64,000 bases of DNA from Paramecium tetraurelia (lineage: Eukaryota), in NCBI GenBank assembly GCA_000165425.1, contig CT868673.1, forward strand, positions 218,886 to 282,885, read 5' to 3'. Below, piece by piece: positions 24,671 through 38,484 of the stretch; the first letter of the stretch is position 1, and each line of letters begins with the position of its first letter. A model generated the notes under the pieces. It was not told the origin of the DNA. It did no database searches and saw nothing but the letters and a program-made list of their open reading frames with translations. Made by a program: the position numbers and the translations under genes.

Positions 24671-27600
24671 ATGGCTTTGATTTAGAATAAGATGTGGAAT
24701 TGAAAGGCAGTGTAAAATGAAGACTTTGAACAATAATATTTGAGCCAATGTCTGAGGGATTCAAGGAAGGAATATCAGTTATTACCTCACCTTGTTAGTA
24801 CAACATTGAGTGCCAAAGGTTTAGAAGCCAAATATTTGCATAGTCCGAATTCTATTCACTCGAATTCAGACGAGAACATTCTGGCTTCGAATGTTCAAAC
24901 CCCTAAATTAGCTGTTTTATAAAGGAGAGATTCAAGCAAAAGAAAAAGTTAGACGAATGCATAAACAAGTTTTATGTCTTTTTTTTACATTGGGAGGTTT
25001 GTAGAGAAGTTGTCACTCAATCGCAAACGATTGGGCTCTTTGAATGAGGCTCATTTTAATCTAATTGGGGACAAGGCATCAGATGCGTATGAAAAATCCT
25101 TTATTCTCTTAGGCAAAATTTATTTACTTATTCGAAGCGAGTAAGTTAATCTGGAATTAATCTGAAGAGAATGAAAACTCTATTCGAAAGAGATGCAGAG
25201 GTAAGGGACAGCACTACTCTAGAGTAAGTGAAGGAGGATTTGAAAAGACTTAGAAAACCAATAGTTCATTGCATCAATACAATAATCCATAAAATCCCCA
25301 TAATTTAACCGGAATCCTTATTCAAAATGTACTGGGACTTCTTTACATCCATTTTTAGGATCATCCTTCTCATCTTGGTTCCTCTTGAGATCGCCTTCAA
25401 ACCTGAAATTCTCTTTAATAATCTCATTTCAATCACCTATGTCATTCTAATGATACTGCAATTGGACTTTCTCATAAGAATCAACACTCTCACTTACAGA
25501 AATGGGATAGCAATCAAAGATAAATGGGAGTTGGTTATACATCAATTAAAAAAGGAGTTTCTTGCTGACTTTTCGACTTCTTTAATCTTGATAATATTTA
25601 TGATCATTCCCGACATGAAAACCAAAGCCAACCTGTTTTTGCTTTTAATCTTAGCCTAACATAAATACGTGTATGAGACATTTGCCAATAGCGATCAAAT
25701 TTCGTATTTAACAAGACCACAAAGAGGTATTTTTGGATTGCTGAAATTCATCTTAACCCTTCTGTACATTCTGCATTTGTTCAGTTGCATCTGGTTCTAC
25801 TTCAGTAGTATCAGCATTGAAGATTCGTGGATTAGATTTAATGATCTGGAGGATAAGAATTGGGAAGAACAGTATCTGGAAGCACTTTACTTTGCAGTTG
25901 TGACGATGTTAACAATCGGTTACGGTGACATGGTACCAAAGAATGCAATTGAGAAGATAGTCACTATGGTGTTTGTGTTAGGAGCATGTAATCATTTAAA
26001 TATCTGTTTAGGCTTGTGGGTGTCTTACAGTGTAAATTTCATAGGCAGCATTATTGACGATATTACATAGAATCAAGTTGAAAGGAATCGAAGGATGAGA
26101 GTCATAAATAAATACATGAATTAGAGAAAGATACCCTATAGTCTATAACATCAGTATAAATATGGATAAATTCTAATTTAGGGTTAAAGAATACTTAACC
26201 TTTAGATGGAAAGAAGACGATGAAGTTGATCTTGAAATTGAATAGACCTTATTAGAGCAATTGTCAGATGAATTGAAAGAAGAACTAGATAAGTAGGCTC
26301 ATAAGGTGTACATTGAGAAGTCGGAATTTCTATAGAAATATTTTAGTGAGGAGTTGAGAAATGCTCTCTTCAAATCCATCAAGCGAAAGATTATTCCTCC
26401 TTAGAATACATTTTCAACGGAGTTTGGGAATTAATAACATCTGTGTTTTGTTGAATAAGGTTTCATCGTCTATCAACATCCAGAGAGAAAACAAAGATCT
26501 AAGATGAATGCCGTCATCAATCAAGGTCAATTTTTTTGTGTGAATAATTTCATAACCAATAATCCATAAGTTGATCTCTTTAAAGCCATAGGATATGCAA
26601 GTTTATTGGTACTATCCAAATCAGATTTCATTGAAACATTAAAGGACTTCCCTGAAGACTTTTAGAAATATTGTTAATTGAAAGATAACATAACCTTAAG
26701 TTATGCTCCACCAACATTGGAAAATGGAGTATTTTGTCCAGCTTGCTAGAATTTTAAACATCCACTGAATAGATGTCCTTAGGTTCAATATGTCCCGAAT
26801 AGAGAAGCAGTAATAAAGAAATATTGTATGACTGAGAATTAAAGGTAAAATAAAAAGTATCCTCGATAAAATAAGATAATTTCAGATTGGGTCACTTGGG
26901 CCGATAAAGATTTAGCAAGTCAGTATGCATCTGTGTTTCAAAATGAAAATTAATAGGCAATTGCTATGTAATCTAAAATCCAATTGAATTTTGAATATGG
27001 ATCTGATACAAATTCATCAGTTGATGATGCTGCTTCCCCTGGAATTAAGATTCCACAAAATTCCCCTATTTTTTAAGCACAACACATTAAACAAACAAGA
27101 AAAAGTAGAATCGTTTAGGATCCTCAATTTTAGAGTAAGGCAGACTCTCGTTAAAACTTAAACTTAGCTCTCTAGAATAGGAAACAATCTATTTTAACTG
27201 CAGGTATCTCTTTGGGTTTTGGGAGGAACAACACACCTAAAAATAAAATAGAGATTCCCTTGGTTGACGAGATTAAAGAGAGTGACAGTTCCGAGAGTAG
27301 TAGTGGAAGTGAGGAATCAACAGAGAAGTAGGAGGAGATTGATTATCAGAAATTGGTAGAGAAGAGAGCTTAGGCTACTCAAGATTTCAATGATAATATG
27401 ACCGATAACATAACTAATTTATACCATCAATTGCAAACACTTCTAGAATTGAATGAGAATGATGTTATAGCTAAAAAAGCCTTGCAACAATTTGAACCAC
27501 TTTATTGGTAGTTCAACTAATAAAAATTTGATGATTTTGAAACAAAGTCTTAATTTGATTATTACTTCAACAAGCAAAATGCTGAGGATGTCATTTTATT

Positions 27601-27892
27601 AATGAAGGAGGATATTTTCGGATGGCAAACAAACATTTTGGATAGGATGAGGAAATTCATGCTCTATCCATTTTAATATGTATTAAATTTCTTGAAATTG
27701 AGGAGGAATGCTAAACTAAAATTCGTTCCACCTTTAAAAATGGTTGCAAAAATAAAGAGCACTTTAGACAATTTAAAGAAGGCCTTGAAACGCAAGGCTG
27801 AATCAACTGTAGTTAGATCGAGTCTGAAATTTAATTCTGTGGCTCCAGATGCCAATAAAACTTAAGGGAAATAGAGGAAATGGGTAGTTTGA
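24671..27892 (+). CDS. Six-TM K+ channel with C-linker and cyclic-nucleotide-binding-homology domain (5' end uncertain)
   Basis: HLFSCIWF, YLEALYFAVVTMLTIGYGDMVPKN (TxGYGD filter), C-linker INKYM..RVKEYL..LSDELKEEL, TGA 27890-27892. Confidence 0.9.
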
Positions 27893-28117
27893 TTTAATAA
27901 TTTATTTAACATTTGATGTTATAATAGTATCAATATATTTGGAATTTCTATTACAATAACGTCTGATTCTGAGCGAAAACAGTAAATGGTAACTGGAATA
28001 TAAAAAAAAGGATATAATTGGTTGAAATATGATTCAGAAATTAACTGAGATTATTAAAGTCATACAAATATCTAGTTCATAAATAGATATTAGCATTTAC
28101 TTTTTTATATTAAATTT

Positions 28118-30589
28118 ATGGATCAAAACCACTGGATATAAAAGTCTTCGGTTTAAGAATTCGGAATTGACAAAAGTGTTTAGTAACAACAACTCTAGGG
28201 ATAACCACCAGCTTCTTTGATTCGAAGAGTGTCCAAACGTAATATTGGAATCAGACCCACTCAGGAGAGTGGAGTAGCTCAGATATTTGAAACCTTTCAT
28301 CCAGAACAAAAAACCTAAAGTCTTGACGATATCAAATTCATCATTAAATGCTTTTAAAGCCATTTTGTATTTAGCTCAATGACTGACACATAATTGTAAT
28401 ATATTATGTTAACCCTAGAACACAATTGGCACACAGTATGTTCTATTGCAAATTGCAAGTAGGAGAAAGCATCATCAAATAAGGTGATGGAGCAAGCTCA
28501 TTCTTCATTCTCGAAAAGGGAAAAATAAATGTCTTGGTGGATAATGTACCACGTAAAGAATTAACATCCGGATTTGGGTTTGGTGAGTTGGCATTGTTAT
28601 ATAATGCTCCTCGTTCTGCTACATGTATGGCTGTGGAAGAATGCTTTCTATGGGGAATCGACAGACATACCTTTAGGAAGAGTGTAGAGACAATTATGAG
28701 AAGTGAGTAAGAGAAAAATCGAAAATATTTAGAGAGTGTTAAATTTTTTAGTAATTATATCAAATACATAAATAGATTAATTAACAAGAGAGTAGAAGGA
28801 TGCTGTAGCAGGTGTACTTATATCCCAAAAATTTAATTAAGGAGAAGTCATAGTAAATGAAGGTGATTAGGCAAGTTCTTTTTACATCATCGTGGAAGGC
28901 TAATGCGGTGTTTTTAATAAGGATGGCTAATAAATTGCAGTCTTGAATCCTAGTGATTCTTTTGGGGAGTCAGCACTCAAGCATGAGAATTAGGTGAGAA
29001 TGATGACCATTAAAGCAGTCCAAAAAGACACAAAAGTGTTGGCTTTAGGAAAAGATATGATCTAATAGATCTTAGGTGATTAAGTACAATCTATCATATA
29101 CAAAAATATATGCAAATGGGCTTTGAATTCATCTAAGTTATTCAGCAAGACTCAATCTACATATCAAGATAAGTTGCTAGAGGGAGTGTAAATTAAGAAA
29201 TTCGCTGCTAATTCTAAAGTAATTACGAAGGGAGACAAAGTTGGACAACTTGTCATCCTTCTTGATGTTGATGCAGTAGATGAGAACAAAGCCAAGGCTC
29301 TCAAGGGATCAATCCTAGTCGAAGACACATTACAGGATAAACTCTAATGCACTTCTCATGTGAAAACATACACAGTTGAAGTGGAAGGACATGTTGCCAT
29401 TATAGATTATGAATCATTCAGAAATGCTCAAGGCAGTGTTGAGAAGATTCAGTAAGGCAAAGCTTAGTAATCTGAAAAAGCAAATGCATTTGAAGAATAG
29501 ATCAAAAGTCAACCATTCAAGAATTTGATATATCTAAATAAATTAGGTTCTGGTTAATTTGGTTCTGTTTATTTATGCAAATTTAAAGACTTGGAGACTT
29601 TGTTTGCTCTCAAATATGTTACAAGAGCACATGTATAATAATTTGGAATCCAAAAACACATTTAATAAGAGAAGGCTGTTCTAGAATTGATGGATCACCC
29701 ATTCATTCTTAAGTTTTACAGGTCTTATAAAGACAACGAAAATATTTATTTCTTGACTGAGTATATTCCAGGAATGGAATTGTTCGATGCCATCAGAGTT
29801 ATTGGTAATGTTACTAAAATTATTATTTATTAGGATTATTGAGCAAATATGATGCACAATTCTACGCTGCACAAATGTTGTTGCAAATGGAATACTTGCA
29901 TACATAACACAGCATTGTTTATAGAGACATTAAACCAGAAAACATTATGGTTGATGATAAGGGATTCCTGAAGTTAATTGACATGGGTACAGCTAAGTCA
30001 TTTAAGAATCAATGTAAACAATAATGCTCACAACTATTTTAGAATCTACAAAGACTTTCACAATCATAGGAACACCTCATTATATGGCACCAGAAGTCAT
30101 CTCAGGAAAAGGTTATGGTTACTTTGCAGATTTATGGAGTGTGGGAGTCTGCCTTTATGAATTTATATGTGGTGGTTTGCCTTTTGGAGAAGAAGCAGAA
30201 GATCCATTTGAAATCTACAAGGAAATCATTAAAAAGCCAATCAGCTATCCTCATTTTATGTCTGATAAATCTGCAAAAACCTTCATAGAGTAATTGATGA
30301 ATAAGATCCCTGAAGTTAGGTTGGGAGGTTCTTACAATACTTTGAAATCTCATGCTTGGTTCAAAGATTTTGATTGGGTAAATATTACTCCTATTTATAG
30401 GAAAAATTATTGGTCAAATAACTAAAGGCTCCCTTATTGCCCGGAAAGGATAAAATTATGACTCCAGCATAGATTCAAAGTGTCTTATAACGTGGAATCT
30501 CAGTTCATGACTAAATTTAAAAAGATACACAGGGATAAAAGAAAGTATTGGCAAGTGCTAAAGATGCAGAATGGGATAGTGCATTTTGA
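28118..30589 (+). CDS. PKG: cGMP-dependent protein kinase
   Basis: [18 protein letters not shown], second CNB FGESAL..VRMMT, kinase LGSGQFGSVY / YRDIKPEN / LIDMGTAK / [12 protein letters not shown] tail ending WDSAF*. Confidence 0.92.
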
Positions 30590-31366
30590 TTAGACTTGAT
30601 AATATAATAACAGTTAAAATTTCTGTTGTAATCTTATTATTTAATATTATCCTTTTGTTTACAATAATCTGTTTAATATTCGTAAATATTTTAGCATAGT
30701 ATAAGATTAATTTTTGGAGGAAAATCAATTAGATTCTATAATATTCATTCAATTTTATAATTATGGAAAAATTTAGATAATGAAATTCATTTTGAAAGGA
30801 AATTTAATAATAGGGAGAAAAACTTGAAATCATAAGTACATAATAGGTGAGATTATTCAACTATTTAATTACAATTGAATTAAAAAATCTCAATAAATGT
30901 TATGTCAAAAATAAGAATCTTATTATGATGATAAGCCTATGATTATACTTAGTTGATGAATTCAGATTAAAACTTAGAATTTCTAATTACTCTCTGTTTG
31001 AACCTATTTTAATGTTAAATTATCATTGAGATATTTAAGATTGATTAATAAAAAGAATATGAAAATTTTAAATAAATATAAAAATTGAAATATAGAATCT
31101 ATGTCATAATAAGGAGCTATTTTTAGTTGTTATTCTTAATAATAAAGATTTAAAAACTGTAAATAACTTGTTTATAACTGTTTTGTCCTTATGAAAATAT
31201 TTATAACTATTTCTTTGTAAAATGTTGTTGTTCTTAATGTGTCATTTAATCTAAGAATAAAAGTGATAATTATGATTCAACCTAAATCATTTATGATGTT
31301 TATCATCTTAAAGGAGTAAATATTAATAACATTACCCATTTATTTTTTTGTATTAATTATATATAA

Positions 31367-32485
31367 ATGAGTAACACTAAGTTAACATAACTAATATTAC
31401 TACGCAATCATTCTTAAGCAGATAATTACTACTATTCTAAATCTTTGAATGACTTCATGGAAAATGCAAGATCAACTTAAGTTATCAACTTTCATTACAT
31501 CTTAAACTTAAATCAAGAAGCAGAATAATTGAGAAGAACTTATCCTATAAGTAATACTTAAATATATAGTAGATGAAATTGTAAACAAAATCACTTCCTT
31601 GGTTCACTATTACAAATTTCACAATGACATTCCAAGGTGTTTTCTTCCAAAGATCGCTGAAATTATGAGCAAGTACAGTATAGGAATCATTATTTAGTTA
31701 TCATGACAAGAGAAGGCAAGTAGAATATGTTAAGATTAAGCGAATGATAGATTATCAAAATAAAATACATCCTGATCAACCTCAAAAAAAAATTGTTGGT
31801 GATATATCTGATTTGAGTATTACTTAAAGATCAGGTAAAAAATATAGCAATATTTTGAATAATATAACCGAAACTTCAAACACCATCGATAAAATTAAAA
31901 CTAAACTTAACTCAATTAAATTAAATGTTGAAGATCTACAATTAATGCAATCAAATAGAGAACAAGAACAACTAGACAGTTTTTTAAAACACATCTCCAA
32001 AAGGAAGCAAAAACAATCCTAGGTTCCCAATTCTCTAATCCTTAAATTTCCAATTGGATTATCATCACGAACCATTAAATAGGTCTTATCAAGAAAGATG
32101 ATTACTTAATAATAAACTTAAACAACTAGCATAAACACTGCTAAAACGAGTAAACAGCTTTCACAATACTACCAACCTCCTCATATCTAATCTTCATTAA
32201 AAACCAACCCTAAATAACTTCCTACTTAAAAGGGGTTTAATCACTTTGGATCATTCACTTAACGAGTAGTCAAAGAAAATCCACTATCTAAATTGTTATC
32301 TCCTTTAAAAATTTAGTTAGTCAATGTAAACAGGTATATTCCAAACAATATTAAATAGTCCATCCAATAAATGTAAAACCACTGTATCCATTTCTAAACA
32401 ATTTAAAATTACTGACTCGCTGAAGCTATCATCTATACTTCATTAGCATACTAAGTCTGATTTGAAATTCTTTAGAAAAATATGA
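31367..32485 (+). CDS. Conserved ciliate-type hypothetical protein (YYKFHNDIPR..YHDKRR motif)
   Basis: ATG 31367, two short introns, TGA 32483-32485. Confidence 0.75.
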
Positions 32486-32832
32486 GAATCTGATATATTT
32501 ACGAATTGTTATGATTTTACAAATCATTTTACATTACCTCAATATAATTTATTTTATATTGTGTTGAATTTTAAATATATTTAATTAAGTTTTTAATTCT
32601 GAAAAAAAAGGTTGGTTTGTTTTCTATGATTAAGAGCATCATAATAATTTTCAAAGAGTTTAGGTATATTTAGACTAATCTCTTTGTGAATATCATATTT
32701 TTAACATTAGAAATGCTCATAAATCAAAATAAAATTATAAGATTTAATCTTATAATATCCTCATTTCCATTAGAAAGAATTAGACTAAATTGAATTTAAT
32801 TATGGTTTAATAATGAATATTATAAAATTGTA

Positions 32833-34785
32833 TCATATTTCTTAGAATAATATATTAAAAGTAGATTTGTTCCAAGCATTTTCTTTTGGATCAAAGTACT
32901 CCCCTGGACCAAGTAATTAATCTTCTTTCTTTTTATCATAATTAAATCTATTTTCCTAATCTTAGATATAGAGATATTACTCTAATATTAAAAGGAGGGT
33001 GAGGATTCTTTTTTTTCTAAAACAAGGATGAACTATTGTGCATTCTAATTTATTCATCTTCTTGTTCATCATCTTGCTAATCCATAGCCTTCTTTTCTTT
33101 ATGCTAGAATCGAGGTAATGATGATCCAAACGCTGGTTTAAAGATGGCCAAATCTGGATCCTCTTCCTTCTCAATTTTTGTTGTTTATTCAATAGTGTAA
33201 TTTTTGACATCATATGCCCCTGGAGCTGGATAATTATCTTTAGGAACCGAGGCTGCATCTGCTCTTTTAGTTTTGGAAGTAAAGACAGATGCAATTCCTT
33301 TAACCTTCTTTCCATTTTAATCATAACTTCCTGGACCTGGCATTTCGTTTTCTTATTATTTAAATCTTTATTAGTTCGATCCAAAATTACCAACTGGAGC
33401 TCTTTCTATTTTCTTAATCAATTTATCTTCCAACTAACTATATTATGATCAAAAGTACAGTAATTTTTGGATTATAAGTTTATGGTCCTGGACGTTTCTC
33501 TTAACCCTTAGCTTCGAAACGTAAATTAGTTGATTGAAATGGTGGTTACTTTTATGATACGCCCTCCTTTATTATATCTGTTTCCAACTCATAATCTCCA
33601 GGACCAACATAACATGGCATTTTTTTTTCTTAAAATCTCCTGCTTTTAGAACCGAAACAGTTTTTTCCCATTTTCGTTGTAGATTAAGTATTGGTAGAAA
33701 TGGCTGATTGATTTGAGACATTACCCAAGTATTGGCCTGGACCTGGGGTTGTATCCTTTGGTTTATAAATAATAATGAATACATCACAAAATACATATTC
33801 GTCATCTTCAAAGTAATTGGTCGGATTCTTTGAAAGGCGATCCTTTTGTTTATCAAAGAATATTTTCATGAATTACTTTTACTTTTCTTCTTTAGTCGAA
33901 TCAAACATCCTTTGAGATTTAGATTGAAAATTTCCAGATGGGTTTAATTTGTGTAATGGAACGACAATTGCATTTGGATCATAGGTTCCAGGTCCAACCA
34001 TTAGTTCCTTTTCTTTTGAGATTGTGGGTGCTAATCTTGGGGCCTTAGATTTATGCCAAAAACTTCCTTTATATTTGTTATATTCAAATGCATCCTTAAC
34101 ATCATATTGACCTGGACCAACTGAGTCTTATTTAAGACCAGAAAATGTTTGAAATGGAATCTTGTTTACCTCTAAATCATGGACTAAACTCTCTTAGATT
34201 TATTTATATTACTTCCTTTTTCTGTGTATCCATACACCTAATTTGAAGAAGGGATAGAAGGAATTGATTGATATTTATTCAATTTCATTACTGTTTCGAT
34301 GTAATGTTATGATGTATACTACTACTGAATAACTCTAGTTCCACAGTTAGTTGTATCATATGCCCCAGGACTTAATTTCATTTAGAATAATTGAATACCC
34401 AGGTGAAATCATAGTTTTGGGAGGATGGAATCGCTTGGTTTGAGATGCAAACACAGATTGAGGTTGAGGTTTCTCAACCACTTTCACATCAGATTGAGAT
34501 GATTCCAGCACAATATTTTATCTATGGCAGAAATATTAAGTAATTGTACCCTTACGCCTCATTTGAGATGTTATAACTCCCAGGTCCAGGAGAATTGTCT
34601 TGTTTAATTGGTTGATTTCTTGTAACTTGTGTATCGAATGGAGCATTCCCCTACTTTATTTTTAATTAATCGTGAGAAAGGTAGCTACCAGGGCCAACCT
34701 AATTATATTGAATCCATTTTACATTTGGAGGAGCACCCGAAGGTTTAATAACCATATTTCTTTCTGCCTAAAATACAAAAGCCAT
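32833..34785 (-). CDS. SHIPPO/ODF3-like sperm-tail PG-rich repeat protein (ciliary/cytoskeletal)
   Basis: Repeated GPGSY, SPGPGSY, SPGAY, GPGQY, GPGTY, TPGPGQY, PGPGSY and APGAY motifs. Confidence 0.9.
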
Positions 34786-34825
34786 TATATAATAATAAAT
34801 ATACCGAAAATTTATACATCATAAA

Positions 34826-36592
34826 ATGAAAAATGGCAAGCTAATTTTGAGTGAAGTTAATCAAAAGATAGATATTATATCAAGAAGATTGAGTGATTTG
34901 AGCCTATGGAAAAACCCTTAAATTGAATCTCATATTAATGAAATAAGTAATAAGGTTCAAAATATTCTTCAAATCTTGGAATACGAAGAAACTATTGAAA
35001 AATAGTATTTATAAATGAGATAGCAAACTGTATCCTAATAAAATAAGTAAGCTAATTAAACTAGAGAATTTGAAATTTTATACTCATATAATCTAGAAAT
35101 TATAAATAAAGGCTTAAATAAAAATTAACAATTCAGTGACATTCAAGAAATTTGTCATAGTGAAATTATACACTAATAAAATGTAAAACTCCCAGTTAAA
35201 GAATAGCCTAAAATAGAAGAATCGAATTTTTAATAGAATTAGACATAAAATAATTAATAATTAGAATAACCTCACCATATCAAGGAACAGAAAAATGATT
35301 TAATAGAATAAAAAAACTCATAAATTAAGATATCTTAGTTAGAAAAAAATGGTTAAATATCATAAATCTATTAACAACCAAGCCATAATACTAATTCTCT
35401 TAATTAATCTGATGATAATAATAATGAAATAATGTATTCTTGCATTTCTTCTATTAGTAAAATTCAATAATAATAACAATAAGAGCAACCATAATAATAA
35501 TAGTAATATTAACAATAATAACAATAATACTAATAGTAATAACACTAACAATAATAATAATAAATATAATAATAATAAGACTAATAATAGTAATAACAAT
35601 AATAATAATAGTAATAAGACTAATAATAATAATACTAATACTAATCCTAATAGTAATAATAATAATAACAACAATACCAATAATAATAATAATAACTACA
35701 ATACCAATAATAATAATAATAATAACTATTCCAATAGTAATAATAATAATATAAGTGTCAATCCAAGTAATAGGAAGATCAATAAATCTAATAATAGTAA
35801 TAGTTTTAATACTAATAACAACAGTAACAATAAAAATAATAGCAATAATAATATTTTGAAGATTAATAATAATAATTTAAGAAATAGGATGGTGTCAATA
35901 ATAAACTGAAACCAAGAATATTCAAATATAATGTGAAACAAGATCTATACAATTAAATGAAACAAGATATGAGTAAATTTAAAATGAATATTGTGGACTA
36001 ACCTTCGCTGTCGGAAGATGGTAGTATCACTTTATGCCCTATCTGTTATGACTCATGTTTTGTTGAGAGCAACCAATAGGATAAATATGTAATATCATTG
36101 AGCTGTTCTCATCAATTTCATTATGTTTGTTTATAACCTTTATTGTAAACAACCTTTCTTAAATGTCCTATATGTAATTAAATAAACGGTCTACCAAAAG
36201 GGGATCAACCTGATGGGATAATGGAAGTCGTTACTATAAAAAAAAAATGTGAAGGGTATAATTGCAACACTCTTTAAATTAAATACAGTTTTAAATAAGG
36301 ATAGAGAAATGGAAGATCTTTCTCAGGAACAACAAGGTTTGCTTTTTTACCTGAAAATGAGGAAGGTAAGTTAGTGTTAGGTTTGTTGAGAAAAGCATTT
36401 GATTAAAGATTAGTATTTACGGTAGGGACTTCATTGACAACAGGAGTTGAGAATTGTATAGTGTGGAATGGAATTCATCATAAAACCAACTTAAATGGTG
36501 GTCCATAAAATTATGGGTATCCAGATCCTACTTATTTTGAGAGAGTTTTGGATGAGCTGAAGCAAAAAGGGATTACTTAATCTAAGAATTGA
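34826..36592 (+). CDS. Deltex-family E3 ligase (polyQ region + RING-H2 + Deltex C-terminal domain)
   Basis: [19 protein letters not shown] then [69 protein letters not shown]. Confidence 0.92.
35466..35880 (+). repeat. Degenerate (TAA/CAA/TAG)n tract encoding polyQ inside the Deltex gene
   Basis: In-frame runs of TAA/CAA/TAG; the antisense poly-Leu ORFs in the track are its shadow. Confidence 0.9.
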
Positions 36593-36623
36593 AATGAATA
36601 ATACATTTATAATTAATAATTTA

Positions 36624-38484
36624 ATGAAACCAGCATCTTATTTAAAAAAAGTTGGACCCTACAGTCTCATAAGGGAGATTGGTTCAGGTACAATTTTTTG
36701 AGATTTTAGGGTCATTTGCCAGAGTATTTCGAGGGAAGATGGATGGAAGACAAGAAGATGTGGCAATAAAAATGATTTCTAAATAAAATGTCAGAAATGA
36801 GAGTATGTCAATGATTGAAAAGGAAATCGAAATTTTAAGATAATTAGACCATCCAAACATTATTAAATTGATAGATTTCAAGAGGACATAAAATCATTAC
36901 TATCTAGTTTTTGAATATTGTGAGAATGGGGATTTGGATGCATATATAAGGTACACGTTTCCTTGAATCAAATTAGGAAATATTCTCCAAATGGGAAATT
37001 GCCAGAGGAGGAAGTAAGAAGGATAGTTCAACAATTGGCACTAGCATTGTAATAGATGTACAAATTGAGAATCGTACACAGAGATTTAAAATTAGCGAAC
37101 ATACTAGTATCGAAGAATTTTTAAGTAAGTTTTTGGTTTTAAAATAATAAAGATTAAGTTGGCAGATTTTGGATTTGCAAAGTATATGGAGGATGATCAA
37201 TATTTAACATCTTATTGCGGTACTCCATTGACTATGGCTCCAGAGATTCTGCAAAGAAAGCAATATAATGAAAAATGTGATGTATGGTCTGTTGGGGTGA
37301 TCATTTATCAGATGATTTATGGCAAATCTCCTTTTATCCCACCTAAAGGAGGTAATATCAATGATTTAATTGCAATCATCAATAAAGGAGACTTGCAATT
37401 TCCTGATTCATCTATCACACCAAAATTAAAGGAATTGCTATTACAAATGTTACAATAGGATTTCAAGAGAAGAATCAGCTTTAGAGATTTCTTTGAACAT
37501 AGTTGGTTACAAGGAGAAGTCAAGGCTGATTATATTTAAAGCATTAAATAAGATATTTAAGAAAATGTCAGTGAAATTACACCTGTCGCACATCATAAAG
37601 TAAGTGAAGATATTTAGGATGAAGAGATTTTTAATGATAAAGATGATAGTACAAATGAAGTATTTAAGGATTTATAATTAAAATATATTGGGTATCAATT
37701 GCAAAAATAAGCATTATCTTATTTAGATTTAATGTTTGAGGAAATAAATAAAATAAAATCATTATGTGAGAAAATCTAGAATTATAAATTAAATTTTTAA
37801 TTTCTCTAAAATCGCTTATTGAGTCTATCATTAGCAATTAGAATCTATGAAGCATTTCTAATTAAATAAGTAAATGAATTTATGAAAGAATAAATTGTTG
37901 TATTGCACACTTCATCGAGCAACAGTTCTTTGATTAGTCTTTAGATGAAAAGACCATTTGTTGCCCATCAAATCACTATGCAAAAAGAGATAATTGAAAT
38001 TAAAAATTATTTCAAGGATAATCAAATGATAATGAACTAATTTGAATAATGTGGTTATTGCATTGCTGATAACATTTTCGATGAAATTCTAGAACTGTTA
38101 ATGAATTTAATTGAACATTAGCAATACATTGATTAGGATATCTTCACTTAATTGATTTAATTGCTGTATTCATTTAACTAATCACAACCTTAATTACTTC
38201 AAGTAGAATTGTACATGAAATTGCAAACAGGAAATGACATGAACTACTATTGGCACTTATTTAAATTGGTTCGAGTTAATTAGAAATATATTGCAGATTC
38301 TATAGAAAATCAAGTCGTTTGTGAAAATAATGACTTTGATAAGAAGCTCTAATTTGAATGGAAACTTGTGAAGGATGATACCGAGGAAGCCCAAGTATCC
38401 TTTTCTAAAGAAGAAATCGATAAATTATAAGACTTACTAAAAGAAGAATATTCCAAAAGGGATATGCGCTAATAAATATAATGA
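36624..38484 (+). CDS. Ser/Thr kinase, ULK/Atg1-like
   Basis: IGSGSFARVFRG, VAIK, HRDLKLANIL, LADFGFAK, YCGTPLTMAPEIL, RISFRDFFEHSWL; three short introns. Confidence 0.88.

Noticed and set aside
24671..30589. CNBD channel next to PKG as a cGMP signalling cluster
   Set aside because: Both families are highly expanded in Paramecium and the channel CNBD looks non-binding; adjacency is probably chance
30600..31360. Unusually long AT-rich intergenic region, possible pseudogene or retained IES
   Set aside because: No convincing coding motif or TA-bounded IES consensus ends identified by eye
35360..35941. Poly-Leu ORFs on the minus strand in the ORF track
   Set aside because: Antisense shadow of the TAA/CAA polyQ tract in the Deltex gene
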